64,000 bases of DNA. Origin: Macrostomum hystrix (Eukaryota > Animalia > Platyhelminthes). Location of the stretch: positions 372,001-436,000 of the forward strand of contig CATNEN010000005.1 in assembly GCA_950097015.1 (NCBI GenBank), given 5' to 3'. Below are positions 1 through 13,200 of the stretch, in pieces. Position 1 is the stretch's first letter, and every line of letters begins with the position of its first letter. A model generated the notes under the pieces. The model saw only the letters and a list, made by a program, of their open reading frames with translations, was not told the DNA's origin and searched no databases. A program made the position numbers and the translations under genes.

Positions 1-352
1 TTTCCAAACTTTCCAAACTATCCCCCTCCTTCCCAAACTACCCCTCCCCTTACCAAACTACCCCTCTCCTTCCCAAACTATCCCTCTCCTTCCCAAACTA
101 CCCCTCTCCTTCCCAAACTACCCCTCTCCTTCCCAAACTACCCCTCTCCTTCCCAAACTACCCCTCTCCTTCCCAAACTACCCCTCTCCTTCCCAAACTA
201 CCCCTCTCCTTCCCAAACTACCCCTCTCCTTCCCAAACTACCCCTCTCCTTCCCAAACTACCCCTCTCCTTCCCAAACTACCCCTCTCCTTCCCAAACTA
301 CCACTCTCCTTCCCAAACTACCCCTCTCCTTCCCAAACTACCCCTCTCCTTC
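1..352. repeat. 20-bp minisatellite (TTCCCAAACTACCCCTCTCC)n, cnn intron
   Basis: Direct inspection. Confidence 0.95.
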
Positions 353-379
353 ACAACAACTCCAAGAAACTTCACTCAC

Positions 380-1022
380 AGTTAAATTTGAAGCGACAGG
401 CGGCAATTCGCGAATGGAGAATTTTTCTAGCATTCTCTTCCTCTGCTCAGAGTAGCACTGCATAGCGGCTAGTTCGCGTCGCAACGATCGCAGCAGATTG
501 TAATCGGCGCTCTGAGCTCGCTGCAGTACAGGCAGGCTGGCGTAGTGACGCAGTCGGTTGTCGATGCGCAACAGGGCTGAATCTAATTCAGCGCAGCACT
601 CGCGATTCTGACGTTTAAGTAGTTCAAGATCCTCTAGGCTGCCGATGCAGTGGAGGCGGTAGGACTCCTCGCGACTTTGGCAACGGGCGAACCGCTGCTG
701 CTGCTGCTGTTTCGGTAGCTGCTTTTCAGTTGGAGGATCTGCGATTAGGGCATAATCAAGGACAGAATTAAATTAACGAGTCAAAATAATAAAAAGAGAG
801 ACAGAGACAGGCAGGCAAAGACAGACAGACGGACAGAAAGACAGAAAGACAGAGAGACAGATAGACAGACAGACAGACAGACACACAGACAGACAGGCTG
901 ACAGACAGGCAGACAGATAGACAGACAGGCTGACAGATAGACAGACAGGCTGACAGACAGACAGACAGATAGACAGACAGGCTGACAGGCTGACAGGCAG
1001 ACAGACAGACAGACAGACAGAC

Positions 1023-1053
<31 letters not shown>

Positions 1054-1200
1054 TAGGTTGACAGGCTGACAGACAGACAGACAGACAGACAGACAGGCTG
1101 ACAGACAGGCAGACAGACAGACACAGACAGACAGGCTGACAGACAGGCAGACAGACAGGCTAACAGACAGGCAGACAGATAGACAGACAGGCTGACAGGC

Positions 1201-1239
<39 letters not shown>

Positions 1240-4200
1240 TAGTATAGGAGATGCATGTAATTTTGAAACAACAGATGCAAAATAAAGGAAACTTAAAGCG
1301 AGGAAATAACTAGGCAATTATTTAAATCTAAAAAAACAAAAGACAACCTAATGATATTAAGCAATTTAACTAACCCCAAAAGTTACAAAGGAAAATAGAC
1401 GTGCAAACAACACTAACTGAACTACTAGCATGCCCGAGACATGCTACTTACAATCGTCAATTTGAACTAGATCGCGTTTTAAAGACTTAGGCCAAGGATT
1501 TGGCAATCGTTTGTAATATAGCCACAGCATGTTGTTACTGCTGCTGCTGTTGCTGTGACTCTCAGCTTTAAAAAGAAGACAAGTAGAGTGATAATTAAAA
1601 AATATAGTTTAAAAAATGATTTTTAAAAATACGATAAAAAACTCACCAGTTTTGGGACATTGTTGCACAGTCTGTGAAGCAGTCGATTTAGTAGCGAATT
1701 GGCAGATTCTATTCAGCCTAGTATTATTATCCGATTGTCTCAATTGTTTAACTAGCTGATCGGTGTCTAGAACAGCGGCAGTTAAACTGACTCGAAGACG
1801 CGCCAAAGCCGACGTCATGGTCAATAATTCGTCGCAGATTCCATTGTCGACTAATTTGTTATTATTTCTGTTGCCATTAGAAACCTGAGTTAGCAAAGGC
1901 AGAGGCGATAGGCTAAAATAATATGAGCCAGAAGAGCGAGACGACGAACTTGAAGTCGACGAAGAGCAAGACGACGAAAACGACGTGTCTTCGCCGTGAA
2001 TGCCGGCATTATCGCAGCCCGCTAATCCGCTGGGAGATAATCCGCTATCTTTACTAATAGCCGGCGATAATGGACTGTGACGAGCTGAACAAGCCGCCAG
2101 AAGGTCGATACTGACGTGACGAGGCCGACAACTTAAGGGCAGGCGATGCTGCTGCTGCTGCTGCGGTTTAGGACTAGAAGTAGCTCTTGGTTGTTCTTCA
2201 ATATTAGCCGGACAATTTCTATTAGCTACTAATAGTAGTAAAGATTCGGCTATGCTTGTTAAACGATGATTCAACTGTTCGATTGACGACAATAGACTGG
2301 CTGGAAGCTGTTGGCCGTTCGAGTTTAGTCTGAAAATGGTTATTGCATCAATTAGTAACTGCAACTCTGGGTTGAGGAGAAGCGAGTCGCCTCTTGCGCC
2401 AAGGTTCCTGCGCTCGATTCCGCGGCGAGGCCACATTTATTTGAGGCTTGCCGTGCAATTTAAGCTATTGAGGGCCAACCTCCAAGGCACAGTGAGAGTG
2501 TACACACCCCTACAGTATGTGTGCTCACGTGTGCTCAGGAGTCAGCGGAATGGGCAGAATTGCCTGCCATTGCCCTCAGTAGAAATGTCAATAGAAATGG
2601 AAAACGAAGCTTAAAAAGTGAAGAATTACCCATCTAGCTGGTGACGAAATCGGTCGCACTGCTCGCTAGACGCTGTCAGCTTCACCTGCAGGCGATGAAC
2701 TTCTTCGCGACTGCTCAGAGCCTCACTGGAAACAATTGTTTGAACTTTTATTAAGTTTATTTGATCTTAAATTTTGGCTCAAAAGTTTCTTTCTAATCCC
2801 TTTCTTTTGCCGAATCCATTTAGTCTCAAATCTAATCATTCAGTCCCTTTCGAAATCTACCTGTCTCATCCCAAATACTTTCGTCACATTTCTTATCTCC
2901 GAGTCTCATCACCAGCTCTTCAATCTCTTCTCAAATCTCGAAGTCTCATCCCTTATCCTTTAGTTTTATCCCAAATCCCGTTGTCTTACCACTAATCCGT
3001 TAGTCTTATCTCAAATCCAGTTGTCTCATCCCAAATACTTTAGTCTGGTTTCTAATCTGTTAGTCTTATCCCAAACCACACAGTCTTATCCTTAATTCTT
3101 CAGCCTCTTCTCGAAACGCCCACATAATCTATAATCCATTATTATCATCCCAAATACTAAAGTCCCATCACTAATCCGTTAGTATCATCCATAATTCGTT
3201 AGCTTTATCCCTAATCCATTAGTCTTATTCCTAATCCAGTAGTTTTATCCCTGATCCGTTTGTTTTATCCCTAATCAGCAGGTCTCATTACTAATTCGTT
3301 AGTTTTATCACTAGTCCGTTAGTTTCATCCCTAATCCGTTAGTTTCATCCCGAATCCGTTAGTATTATCCTTAATCTGTCAGTATTATCCCCTAATCATT
3401 CGGTAACATTCCTAAATCTCCCAGAAACATCGCAAATCCTTCTTCAGTCTCATCCCTAATCCGTCGGACTAATCCAAATTCCCTCAGACGTTTCTCTAAT
3501 CCCTCAGTTTTGTAAGTCAATCAGCCTTACGCAGTAGCCGACAAAAGCTCTGCTTTCAGACGCTCGTTCTCAATCCGAACATTGTCTTTCGGATTTCCAG
3601 TGGCTGTCGCAGCAGCAGCAGTAGCCGTAGCGGCATGCCGTTTCTCAGTTCGCATTGCGTCCAGCTGCGCCTGTGCAACAACTCTGGCGTCATCTGACTG
3701 GGCGGCTTCCAGCTTCCACCGCTCGGCCAGGCCGCGCCAAGTGTCCAGCTCGGTGCGGAGTCGGCGAATCTGACGCTCCGCCCGACTGGTTGCTGCGTCA
3801 GTGGCGACAGCTTCGTTGTGATTTGATAACGGCGAGGCGGCGACAATGGGAGCCGGCGAAGATTTGGCTCGAAGATTAGCCGATGCTAAGAGTTCCTTGG
3901 CAAGCGATTCCATTCTGTTGCGGGCCAGCACTTCCGCTCTCTCCTTGGCGATTTCTTCCGCTCTCTCCTTGGCGATTTGTTCCGCTCTCTCCTTGGCGAT
4001 TTGTTCCGCTCTCTCCTTGGCGATTTCTTCCGCTCTCTCCTTGGCGATTTTTTCCGCTCTCTCCCTGGCAAGTACTTCCGCTCTCTCCCTGGCAAGTACT
4101 TCCGCTCTCTCCCTGGCAAGTACTTCCGCTCTCTCCCTTGCAAGTACTTCCGCTCTCTCCCTTGCCAGTACTTCCGCTCTTTCCCTGGCGATTTCTTCCG

Positions 4201-7200
4201 CTATCCTTCTCGCAATAATTTCGGCCTTCTCATTGGCTAGTTGTTCCGCTCTCTCCTTAGCTAAATCTTCTGCCAGTTTCAAAGCCATCGCGTTGGCCTT
4301 CTGATTGATCATAGCTTCAGTTCTCTGCATAAAGTCCGCCTTCTCCTTGGCTAGAGTATCAGTCAAGCTTCTGGCTAGGACAGCAACTCGGTCTCTGGCC
4401 ATTGTCTCCGCTCTGTCCCTGGCTAGCACCTCGGCGCGTCGCCTAGCAATAGACTCGGCCCGATCTGTCACAATGGCTTCGGCTAGAACTTCGGCTCTAC
4501 CGCGCGCGATAATCTCGGCCCGATCGTTGGCCATACACTCGGACCATTGTCTAGCGAGTATTTCGGCTCGTTGGACTGCCAGAATTTCTGCCTGCTCGCG
4601 AGCTAGACCCTTGGCTAGATCTCTGGCTAGTGACTGGGCGCGCTCTCTAGCTAAAACATTGGCTCTAGCTTCTACAGCATCAGTCAGCTGCTCAGCTATG
4701 GATCTCTGTTTGGCAAGCTCTTCTACTAGTTGCTGCACCTCTTCTAGCCGTTCTATGGCCGGTGTCTGCGCCGATGCGTCAGCCTTCTTAACTGGGATAG
4801 ATTGATTTGCAGCTGGGTAATTTCTGTCTTGGTGACGCTCTGAGCTGCTGGAAGTCTCAGATGGAGTGCGAACTAGAAAATTAAAATAATGGGTGGCATT
4901 TTTAAATTGGTACGCTCAAATAATCCCAAAAAGGATAACAGTCAATGCGCTGAAATATCCCACAGACAATGCTGATAATTGACGATAGACTAAATGATCC
5001 TATATGGGGATTATTAACGATAGACTAAATGATCCTATATGGGGATTATTAACGATAGACTAAATGATCCTATATAGGGATTATTAACGATAGACTAATT
5101 GATCCCATATGGGAATAATTTACGATATACTAAATGATCCCGTAAAGGGGATACACGACGATTTGCTCAGTGATCGCAAAAGGGGATAATAAACTATAAA
5201 ATCAATGATCCTAAAGGAGATAACTAAAATATCCCCGAATGCCAATTCCACGATTGGGATGGGAACATGCGAATATAAAATTAACCTATTCAGAAAAGTA
5301 TTAAAGAGTTAGATCAGGCTCACCTCTAGCATCGCCAAACAATTGAGCCAGCTGACTACACAGTAGTTTAGCAGCCAATCGAATATCGGCAACCTGACGC
5401 CTCAGATGAGATTCGCCAGTCTCGTTATGATCATCGCCGAGTAGACTGTCGTTATCTTCACTCCGTCGGCCACTCTCGCCGTTGTCGTCAAGGCTGCAGC
5501 CGCTGAAGCTATTATTAAGAGCAGCTCCTAGGGCAGTTTGGCTAGCCAGTATTCTGGATAATAGATGGCGCAGAGTTTGAGCAGCTCCAGCTGTGCCCGA
5601 ATCGGTGATGGGATTATTGGGAGAATCGCCGGCGCCACCCAGATCGGCTAGGGTCAACAGCGGCGGCTCATTTGGCAGGTGTAAAAGAATATTGAAACAG
5701 TTGTCAGCATCTGTGGCTGCCTCTGATAGCTGCGGACTTGTCTGACAGCTGTTGTCGCGCTGCGGGATCGGAGTGACAGTGAGAAGCCGATAATGTGATG
5801 GAGTGACATTCATAAGGTGATGGAGTGACATTCATTAGGTGATGGAGTGACATTCATTAGGTGATGGAGTGACATTAATTAGGTTATGGAGTGACATTAA
5901 TTAGGTGATGGAGTGACATTCATTAGGAGATGGAGTGACATTAATTAGGTGATGGAGTGACATTCATTAGTTGATGGAGTGACATTCATTAGGTGATGGA
6001 GTGACAGAAATATAGTGATAGTGTGAAAGTAATAAGGCGATAAAGTGACTGTCATAAAGTGATAATTTGACAGTAATAAGATGGTAGAGTGACAGTAATA
6101 AGGTGATAAAGTGACAGTAATATGGTGATGAAGTGACAGTAATATGGTGATGAAGTGACAGTAATATGGTGATGAAGTGACAGTAATATGGTGATGAAGT
6201 GACAGTAATATGGTGATGAAGTGACAGGAATATGGTGATGAAGTGACAGGAATATGGTGATAAAGTGACAGTAATATGGTGATGAAGTGACAGTAATATG
6301 GTGATGAAGTGACAGTAATATGGTGATGAAGTGACAGGAATATGGTGATAAAGTGAGAGTAATATGGTGATGAAGTGACAGTAATATGGTGATGAAGTGA
6401 CAGTAATATGGTGATGAAGTGACAGTAATATGGTGATGAAGTGACAGTAATATGGTGATGAAGTGACAGTAATATGGTGATGAAGTGACAGTAATATAAG
6501 TGATAAAGGGACACTGATTATGTGATAGAGTGACAGTTATTAGGTGATAAAATAGAGTAGAGGGACAGACAGAGTCCCAGTATTATGACTGACTAAATAT
6601 GTGACCCCAAGCGCCAGACTAGTAAGAAAGAACGAAGTCGTATGTAAAAAAGTTTGCCTAAAGCAAAGCACACAAGACGGCTCTTGCTGGTATTTACTGA
6701 AGCAAGTAATTACACTTGACTTGTTCAAAGTCAAAGTCGTCCTTTCCCGTCAGTCGGAAAGCAATTTTTCAAGACTTGTTTATTAGCTTTTTTACTTAGG
6801 CAAACAAATTTTCAACTTTTAGTATAGTTCAAGGATAGTTTGCTATGCAGTTAGAAAATTAATAACAGTATTAAAGATGATAGAATTATAGATTGATACT
6901 AAAAAGACTATTATTGTCTTTGTGTCTCACGACAATGCGAGGCTTGACTTTTTATAGTAGTCAAGTAGTGAAGTTCAAAACCAGTATTTTTTCTAATTGT
7001 TAAATACGAAGCTGTTCCATTGACCGACTTTGAAAGCGTCACTTAACAACGGCTTAGGAGTCAGATCGTAATAGCCGTGATAACAATCTCCTTTACTGTT
7101 GAATCCTCCGATTGCACCAGCATAGAAATGCACAATGCGACACAGGGGATTAGTTGAACATCTGAAGACGCATTCTACTCTACTCATAGTAGCAGAGGTA

Positions 7201-10200
7201 ACACTTTGTTTAATCAACACAGCTTTAGATTCTTTAGAGCCGGGCGCGTCAATAGAACGAGCGTAACGTGAACCCAGTCGTCCGATTCGCTTAGCAACCG
7301 ATGGATCGTATCGGCACAATAGCCCGTCAATACCTGCCGAACCGTGGCTAGTACAATTCGGCATAGACAATAGTACACGCAAGCCAGACACTGTGTACAT
7401 AGCAACGCAACCAGACCCAGATTTGGCGGCGGCGGCTCCTGACGGTAGAGTACCGTCGCGTTGCCAATAGCGACTAATATCTAGGCCGAATTTAGCCGCG
7501 CCGGAACTAAGCCAACGATAACTATTATCGCTATTGGAGAGGCCACCAGTAAGTCCAATCCAAACAGTGGCACCCATTGGTGCGGTGGCAGACCACACGG
7601 CCTCCAATTGGGCATCGGATCCCACAAGGTCGCCTTCGTAGGATCTGCATAGATCTTGGGCGCCGTTGAATGTCAACGGTGACGAAGGCGGAAACGGCGA
7701 CGATAAGTACAGGGCGCACAGATCGCCGTAAAGATCGTAGTCGGATCGACCCGGAGCGCAAGCCGCACTATAGCCGATTGTTAAGGCGAGAATAACGGCG
7801 ACGCAAGAGGTTGCGAATGTCGAATTTCTTAACGACAGCATTTCCTTTTTTGAAAGCTAGAAAGCGTCTATGTTTGCAGTGGACGGAATCCAGTTCTTTA
7901 AAGTGCTTAAACCACTGAGTCAATGGGTCTAGCCAATGGGTGAAGCGTTGGTCATGATTGGTTGGTTGCAATGGAGCTAGGAAAAATATTTTTTACATTA
8001 ATAAAGGAAATTGTAAATTAGAATTTATAGAGTTTTTTTCATTTCGCATATCACTTTGTGGTGTATAACCCAGTTTTATGATCAGTTAAAAAGTTAGCAA
8101 AATTTCCGAGTTTAATTGATGTCGGAAAAATTACGGATTAACGAACATTTTCCTGATTTTTTTTAATTCGAATTATTTATGAAATTTCTTCTGCATTTCA
8201 ATCAAATTAAAACAAATTTTAAGGACTTTAAATAAATGTTTCGTATAGGTTTGAAGAAAAAAATTTTTTTATATACGGTCACTTTTTTCTTACCAAATCT
8301 TGCGCAAATCATGACATCGTGCTAACAATAGTATTTCAGGCACCCGACCTATAAAACGCGCTAAAACTCACCAATGTCGCCTGTGTCTCGCGAAGATTCC
8401 CTTCACGATTGGCTGTATTGCTGTCGCTAACTGCGCAGCCGGTCATTGTTAAGCCGCTGCCGCTTCTGCAACCCTGCTGACTAGCCTTGGACCAGGGAGT
8501 ACTGCTGCTTGGTGCGTACTGCTGGTTTAGACCGTCACCTGTTAGAGGCGACTCTTGATGCTCCCACTGTGGGATGATTTAGCGAGCAAGAGATTAGCCA
8601 CAACAGTCCCTAACTGAGGATCTTAACAGCTAGAGTGGGCCTCAACTGAGGAAAGGTTAATTATTACTAATTAGGTAACTAACACAGCTTATATTTACCT
8701 TATGCAGCATGTCCCGCAGGTGAGAGTTATCCGACTGCAGCGAGTCTCGCTCTGCAGCCATCTGTCTGAGTCTGCTGTCCTGGTCGCGCAATTCTTGACG
8801 CAGCCGCCCGGTTTCCTCCTCCCAGTAGGCCTGTTGGCTCTATGGGGAATGGACATTGGGAGGAAGAAATCAGATGGGAAATGGGAGACATTGGGAGTGG
8901 GAGGCAGTGGGAGAAGGTGGCGAAGGGGAAGACGAGGGAAGTGGGAGAATGTGGCAAAGGGGAAGAGGGAGGAAGTGGGAGAATGTGGCAAAGGGGAAGA
9001 GGGAGGAAGTGGGAGAATGTGGCGAAGGGGAAGAGGGAGGAAGTGGGAGAATGTGGCAAAGGGGAAGAGGGAGGAAGTGGGAGAATGTGGCAAAGGGGAA
9101 GTGGGAGGAAATGGGAGAATGTGGCAAAGGGGGAGAAGGAGGAAGTGGGAGAATGTGGCAAAGGGAAGTGGGAGAATGTGGCGAAGGGGAAGACGAGGGA
9201 AGTGGGAGAATGTGGCAAAGGGGAAGAGGGAGGAAGTGGGAGAATGTGGCAAAGGGGAAGAGGGAGGAAGTGGGAGAATGTGGCAAAGGGGAAGAGGGAG
9301 GAAGTGGGAGAATGTGGCAAAGGGGAAGAGGGAGGAAGTGGGAGAATGCGGCGAAGGGGAAGAGGGAGGAAGTGGGAGAATGTGGCAAAGGGGAAGAGGG
9401 AGGAAGTGGGAGAATGTGGCAAAGGGGAAGTGGGAGGAAGTGAGAGAATGTGGCAAAGGGGAAGAGGGAGGAAGTAGGAGAATGTGGCGAAGGGGAAGAC
9501 GAGGGAAGTGGGAGAACGTTGGGAAGGGAACGACAGGAGGGACAGGGAAAATGACGATATTGGGATAATCTGATTAACTAAGGTCGAAGAATAAAAAAAA
9601 CATAAAAGGTACATTTTAATATAAAGACAAGGGAATAGTTGCCTAGGAGGACAAGAAAAGCAGAAGAGTAATTCTAGAAATACGAGCTACAGCCAGTAAT
9701 AAAATGACACTAAACGGACCTTCAAAGATTATAAACGCATCCACTGCAGGCGACTATGTCGATAATTATAAACCAGAATTATAAACAGTAAATTCTAGTT
9801 GTCAAGCATAAAGTTTTAAACAGTCTTAAAGTCAATCTATAAGCCAAGTTGATATCTAATTAATGCGAAATCAAATCAAATGTAAAAGCTAATCTGTAGG
9901 TTCTGGTCGAGATTTCAATGTGTTTATATCGGTAGGCCGATATGTTTTGAAAAATGCTAATAAGCTCAATACCTAATTTGCAGAAAATATGATTTCTTCA
10001 GTCATTATACACTGGGACAGGACTTAAAAAACTAAAAGTATTTTAGAGTGCATAATTTCCCGATGGTTCCAATTACAATAGTTCTCTTCAGGGATTTCTG
10101 ATTAATTTCTATAAGCAAATATTTGCATAGCAAATTGATTTCTAGTTGGTCCAACAATAGCTTCAAGATTGCACAAACTGTAATCGGATAGTTGAAAACT

Positions 10201-13200
10201 GGAATTAAAGCCTCACCGAATCCAACTCAGCGGAGCGACTCTGACTCTGGCCCAGCCTGTCCAGCTTCTCCTTCAGGTGATAGCAGTGTAGGCGCAGGTC
10301 GAAATTCTCTTGGTTTAATTTGACCATTTTCTGCGATTTGAATTTGGATATTTTTCGGCTAAGTCTCGAATGGGGATTCTAGGAATTGGCATTTCTAGGA
10401 CTCGGGGATAGGGTATTATTTCAGGACTTCATGGATAGTGATTTCTAATAGATTTAGGGAAAGGAATTTAGGATGGGATTTCGAGATTCATTAATGAGGC
10501 TGATCAATGGATTTCTATGATTTATGGATGTCTTCAGGGAAATTATTATTTAGGAATAGAGGATTCATGAAAATCAGGGTTAGGGATTTTTATAGGATTC
10601 CATGAGTAACATTATATCCCAAAACTTGATAGTAATAATAATAATTGCAGGAGGGCTGCGGGCAATGACACATAGTTTGGTGACACTAGACCCGCAGCCA
10701 GCGAGGAGGCAATTCTGCCCATTTCGCTGACTCCTGAGCACACACGCACACAGATACCGTACGCAGGCATACGCTCACACAGGTGTGTACATCTGCCCTG
10801 ACTTTCTCATCGTCGGGCAGTGTACACTCGAACTGTGCCTTGGAGGTTGGCCCTCAAGGGCGTAAATTGCACGACAAGCCCCCAAGCCTTCTCTCCGCGG
10901 CTGCGCCCCAAATAAATGTGGCCTCGCCGTGGAATCGAACTTAGGGACCGTGGTGCGAGAGGCAAACGCGTTAACCGCTCTGCCACCGACCCCCCAAAAC
11001 TTGATAGATAATTTTAAGGATTCTCCTATGGGATTATTTTAATCCAATGGAAAGCAATTTCCTTAACTCGCTGTTAGGGATTAGTGAGATGAAGATGAAA
11101 TTTCTAGGAATTAGTACAAATATTTCTGGGATTAATAAATTTCTGAACTGGCGATAACTACGGAATGTAAATTAAAATAGCTACCCAAAGTTAGTTCATC
11201 ACGATTTTTAAAGAGCCTGATTATGGATAAGAATCTAATTAGATAATGATTACAAATCAATCAAACCTCAACAGTGTGCTGCAAATCAATTCCATTATGG
11301 AGCAGCTGCTCAGCATTGTGCTCAAACTGTTGTCCATTGCGCAGACAATTCGGGCAGAGCATTATCAATTGTGTGGGTGCGTAATCCTGGTCTGGGGAAT
11401 AATAGTCGCTATCGTAATCGCCATGAAAACTATCCATGGCTTATCTTAGTTTGTGTTGTGATCACTTTTTATTCCGCAGTATTCGGGCCAACACTCACTG
11501 ACTGGGTAAGGCAATATTCCTTGAAATTCTAAAATTTATACACAGTTAGAGCTATACAGAAAATGTACAGATAAAATAGATTTAGGCACAGATATAAAAA
11601 TTGTGTACAACTGAGCGTAGAGACACTTAATAACAGTCACAGGATGCTTGACGTAGGAGGGGGTGAGGAATGCTCGCTAGCATCTAGGGGAATGATTTTA
11701 GATGCACATCTTCACTCACATCTTTGCAATTGACGCTGCCGGCGAGTGGACTGTTGGCGTTGGCTGTACGGCCGGTACAGTTAGTCATCTGGGGGGCCAA
11801 GCTCGCACTGCCGGGCTGTACACTGCGGACCGATTTGAAGGAAGAAAACGGGATTGAAGGATAGAAAGGGAATTAGAATATACGCGTGTAGAGGGGGATG
11901 AGAAGTTCGGCACATTGGGACGAGTTTTAGATGTAAAAAGGGAAGAAAAATCGACGCCGAATGGTCCCAATCGTCCACTCATTCTGGTCTAGAAAACTAT
12001 CCCTCGGGCCCAATTCACTTCTATCTCAACTGTACAACTGTGCTTGATGGGTGCAGTGCTGCACTTTGATATATTCGTCCAACTAAAAAAGCTATCTATT
12101 CGTAGTTTTATCTGCTAAATTTTAAGACGACTACTAAAAGTAGACATGTAAGAAATTGACGCATAAATTGACAACAAAACGGTGTTTTATTAACTTAACT
12201 AGGAAAGTGGAATATTAAGGTTCGAGGAGAAAATAACTGATGACCTTTTGTTAGCTTTTATTTCAATGTTAGCTTAATTTTAAAATTAAGTATGCAGCAT
12301 GAAATATACGAGGGCTGTCCCAAAAGTAGTGTTACTTTTGATTATATCTTTTCTTCTGATGGTTCAAATAACGTGATTTTACAGTCTTATATCGGCAAGT
12401 CTCTTCTTTATATTAATTCAAATCTTTTTTCTAACAGACTAAGGAAAGAGAAGTTATCAACGAAAAACTAACAGGACCTCAACCGTAGACTTACAGTAAA
12501 TCAACAAGCTATCGGAATGCTACGAAAGTGCTTTCGACTGAGGACACTATTTCAACCAAAATTTCTGAATTTCTCAATCTGTGAGAAAGATATGTCTCTA
12601 GAAAAATCATAATGAAGTTATAATTTGAAAGTTGTCTCTGGAAAAGATGGAATGAAATCTTCATATCTCTCACTGGGACTTGGCTTCAGTACGAGCATTT
12701 TTGTTCCCATTTCTTGCTGTGCCAAAGATCATGGATGTGCATTCAAGTTTTGCCCAGAGGAGTGTGATTTACACCCTTTAGAAGACAGGGCACAGTGCAG
12801 CCGAGATTCACGCGCAACATTCATCAGCTCATGGGTCTAGCGCTGTCAGTAAAATGACCATCTATCGTTGGATAGAACAGTTTCGAGCGGGAAGGACGGA
12901 CCTTGCTGATCAGCTCAGGACAGGTCGCCCTCATGTTCGAGACTGACATCCTGGCTGACGCTATCCTGGAACTTCTTGATGAGGACGCACGAATGACGAT
13001 CAGAGAGATTGCTGACAGGCTGAATACTCCGCGATCAACGGTTCATCGAAGTCTCACCAGCATGGATTATGTGAAGCTGAGTGCTCGCTGGATTCCACGC
13101 CTTCTGACACCAGACCTGAAAGAGCAGCGGCAGCGAGTGTGCCAGGAGAATCTGGAGCTCGTCAGGCAACATGGTGGATGGGAAACATTTCGGCAAATCG

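Noticed and set aside
768-1317. ORFs of 170-178 aa (CLSV repeats)
   Set aside because: Translations of an (AGAC)n microsatellite inside a cnn intron
8695-9614. Six overlapping long ORFs on both strands
   Set aside because: Stop-free 34-bp repeat; only 8699-8830 is a real exon, in a frame bounded by splice sites
10785-10825. Hammerhead-like CTGACGA...GAAA...GTC in the SINE hairpin
   Set aside because: No room for stems II and III (3 nt and 0 nt); it folds as a simple hairpin
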